26,755 nucleotides of DNA from a virus (Duplodnaviria; Caudoviricetes), in IMG/VR virus record IMGVR_UViG_3300044642_000312, positions 1 to 26,755 of that record, one strand, 5' to 3'. Positions 24,429 to 26,755 of the stretch are shown one piece after another. The position numbers and the translations under genes were made by a program. Each line of letters starts with the position of its first letter. The first letter of the stretch is position 1. Under the pieces are notes generated by a model that ran no database searches, was not told where the DNA came from, and saw nothing but the letters and a program-made list of their open reading frames with translations.

Positions 24429-26086
24429 TGTCCCAGATAATCAGAGAACGCTCAGCGCCCTTACAGAGATTCACTGGAGGGCTTAATAACTATTGGGACC
24501 AGTCGAGCATTGAGGATTCCGAACTAGCTAGCGTAATCAACTTTGAGTTCACATCCAACGGTGCCCTAACTTCACGCCCGCCAATCTACCTTGAAAAGAA
24601 CTCTTCCAATCAGGTAATCAAAACTCCAGTGGTATCTGAGCCACTTGACATCATTGGTACTTACATCAGGCAAGATGGTGTTCGCTTCCTTGTGGGAGTT
24701 ACCGATGACAAAACTTGGATTTACAACGTCACAGCAAAAACTTGGACACAGATTGCAACCTTTAGAGCTTCTGACTGCACTCAGTATCTAAACAAGATTG
24801 TGCTCTGCTCGGAGACTCAGGCTGGCGGATACTGGGAAGCTGGCACTTTTACTTCAACGCCCACCATGCCGTACCTTGGCGGTATCGAGCTATTCCAGAC
24901 TAGATTCTTTGGATTTGGCGTGCAAGGTAGCGCAACAGCAAACATCGTTTATTGGTCAAACGTCTCTACCGCTGGACCGTCTGGAGTATCTTCTAGCGTC
25001 TTCAACTGGGAAGATGCGTTTGGCGCAAAGCTCTACGTTGAAATTGGCGGTGGCGATGGTCAGTGGATTACCGCAATGGCTCAGGGATACAACGACATCG
25101 TAATCTTTAGAAACCGTTCAACCTACCGCTATAGCTACGGTGAGCTACCTGAAGAAGGTACCATGCAGGTTATGCAGCAGGACATCGGAGCTGAAACCAG
25201 ACGAAGCGTTGTAAAGTTTGAGAACGCCCACTTGGTTCTATCTGGGCAGACCTTGTACCTATACCAGAACTACCTCTACTATCCACTCAACTCTGAGAAA
25301 GTAAAGTTTGTCGCAGACAACGCTTACGAGAGAAGATTTGAGCACGCAATCAGCATGGTGGGAAGTCGCTGTGTGGTATTCCATAACGGTGGTATTTACT
25401 GCTATGACATGAACACCAGAACTTGGTCGCAATGGACTACGGCATCAAGAATCGGGTACTTCGTTACAATTCCTCGTGGCTACGAAGACGAAGAAGAAGA
25501 GCGCTACTACGGAATCTCTGGCTCGGCAGAAATTGACGCTCCTGGTATAACGGACTATTCCGTGTACCGTATTGAAAATGACCCGATAAGCTCTGTTGGC
25601 TCAGAGGAAATGACTTGCTCGCTTAGGACAAAGATTTATGACTTCCAGACACCTGTGGAATGGAAGAGGCTTTACTTCTGGACCGCAGACATCACTACCG
25701 CCCGCATCGTCCGTGCGGTTGCCGTACCAGTTGCTATCCGTGAAGAAGCCTTGTCGGTTCATTGGGATGAGCTTTCCAGCGATGGACAATATGACAACAG
25801 CTTCTACACTTGGGATGAACTTTCCCAAGAGAACGAATTCGATGACCGCTTTGGTACTTGGGATAAGCTAAAAACCCCAGGAACTATTGAGACCGTTATC
25901 GAAGATTTCCCTCAGGGACAGCTAATCCGCATGGAAACAAAGCTGGACAACTCGCTTCGCTTCAGACGCATCTATTTTGAGCTATACTTGTCCTGTGACG
26001 GGACGGCTGCCACATCTCCTGTTCAGGTCTTTAGCATCATTCCAATGGTGGGCGCTAAAGCTAAGATTGCTAGGGAAGCTAACTAA
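24428..26086 (+). CDS. Tail nozzle / tail tubular protein B-like (P22 gp10-like)
   Basis: FTGGLN N-terminus, beta-propeller-like repeats, KRLY; position after adaptor. Confidence 0.75.
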   Translation: MSQIIRERSAPLQRFTGGLNNYWDQSSIEDSELASVINFEFTSNGALTSRPPIYLEKNSSNQVIKTPVVSEPLDIIGTYIRQDGVRFLVGVTDDKTWIYNVTAKTWTQIATFRASDCTQYLNKIVLCSETQAGGYWEAGTFTSTPTMPYLGGIELFQTRFFGFGVQGSATANIVYWSNVSTAGPSGVSSSVFNWEDAFGAKLYVEIGGGDGQWITAMAQGYNDIVIFRNRSTYRYSYGELPEEGTMQVMQQDIGAETRRSVVKFENAHLVLSGQTLYLYQNYLYYPLNSEKVKFVADNAYERRFEHAISMVGSRCVVFHNGGIYCYDMNTRTWSQWTTASRIGYFVTIPRGYEDEEEERYYGISGSAEIDAPGITDYSVYRIENDPISSVGSEEMTCSLRTKIYDFQTPVEWKRLYFWTADITTARIVRAVAVPVAIREEALSVHWDELSSDGQYDNSFYTWDELSQENEFDDRFGTWDKLKTPGTIETVIEDFPQGQLIRMETKLDNSLRFRRIYFELYLSCDGTAATSPVQVFSIIPMVGAKAKIAREAN

Positions 26087-26322
26087 TGGCTGGTGCAGAG
26101 CGCAACCGCATCCTTGGAACCTTTGAGTTCAACCCTTACGCTGCTGGCTCCAAAACTTACGGACAGGGCATGAAATCCCCTACATCTGGCCCAGTTGACA
26201 AGACAGGCTATAAGACAAGGGATTTGAAGATGAAGGCCCGAAGAAACGCAATTCTTGGTAAAATGAAAGCTGGTAATGCTGGTGCTTACGCCAGCCCTAA
26301 CTTTTTGAGGTTTAGTAGATAA
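26086..26322 (+). CDS. Small basic hypothetical protein
   Basis: TAATG coupling at both ends. Confidence 0.75.
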   Translation: MAGAERNRILGTFEFNPYAAGSKTYGQGMKSPTSGPVDKTGYKTRDLKMKARRNAILGKMKAGNAGAYASPNFLRFSR

Positions 26323-26755
26323 TGGCAAAAGTAAAGGTCACAGAACCTGTAAAAGCTATCGGGCTTGCTAGGCAAGCCTCGCCTACTGCCACTACAGCAC
26401 AACAGCGTGCTATTGCCGACAACATTCTTAAGCTAAACAAGCAAACAAGGGGGCAGGCTTTCGGAGCTGGCTCTACCGTCAGACTTGGGCAAGGTATTAG
26501 CATTCCTGGTCAGGGAATGGCTGATGACGTAAGACTAGGTAGCCCTGCAAACGCTGACCCAATGGGTCAAGTATTTACAGATACAGCTACTCCTGCTGCA
26601 GTTACTGGCGGAATTTCAGAGGGTACATCAGGCTCATCTACATCTGCTAATCAGTGGAGCCTAGAGAGCGACCCAATCTACCAGCAGGCTATTGCTGGCG
26701 GTCAGAGTGCATTCAACGTAGCAAGAGCACAGGCTTTGGCTAACATGCAGAACCA
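26322..26755 (+). CDS. 3'-truncated Ala/Gly/Gln-rich protein, possible DNA-ejection/internal virion protein
   Basis: ATG 26322 (TAATG); open to window end (MAKVKVTEPVKAIG...DPIYQQAIAGGQSAFNVARAQ). Confidence 0.7.
   Translation, partial: MAKVKVTEPVKAIGLARQASPTATTAQQRAIADNILKLNKQTRGQAFGAGSTVRLGQGISIPGQGMADDVRLGSPANADPMGQVFTDTATPAAVTGGISEGTSGSSTSANQWSLESDPIYQQAIAGGQSAFNVARAQALANMQN

Noticed and set aside
3298-25871. Many antisense or alternate-frame ORFs nested in the helicase, primase, phosphoesterase, terL, portal, capsid and tail genes
   Set aside because: They have no recognisable motifs and lie within well-supported genes.

Overview
This window is part of a tailed dsDNA phage genome with a podovirus-like (P22-type portal, head-tail adaptor, nozzle) virion module. 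Protein families, TANNNT promoters with leaderless starts and frequent CTA Leu codons suggest an actinobacterial host, possibly a freshwater Microbacteriaceae-like one; this is inference only. Layout: (1) 1-3682 (+), small, often acidic or Cys-rich, translationally coupled ORFs, the first three ending in an identical 18-bp junction that encodes MENA*/ATG. (2) 3669-10081 (+), replication/recombination: SNF2-type helicase, Cas4-like exonuclease, SSB-like protein with a C-terminal HTH, RepB-type primase/SF3 helicase and an HNH protein. (3) 10078-16283 (-), an inverted block: metallophosphoesterase, holin, M23 endolysin and two paralogous collagen/adaptor/Gly-rich adhesin triads. Four units in this block each start from a predicted leaderless promoter. 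(4) 16313-end (+), resolvase, terminase large subunit, portal, scaffold, major capsid and tail/ejection genes. I saw no tRNA, CRISPR array, integrase, DNA polymerase or small terminase. All product calls come from reading motifs by eye, without database searches.
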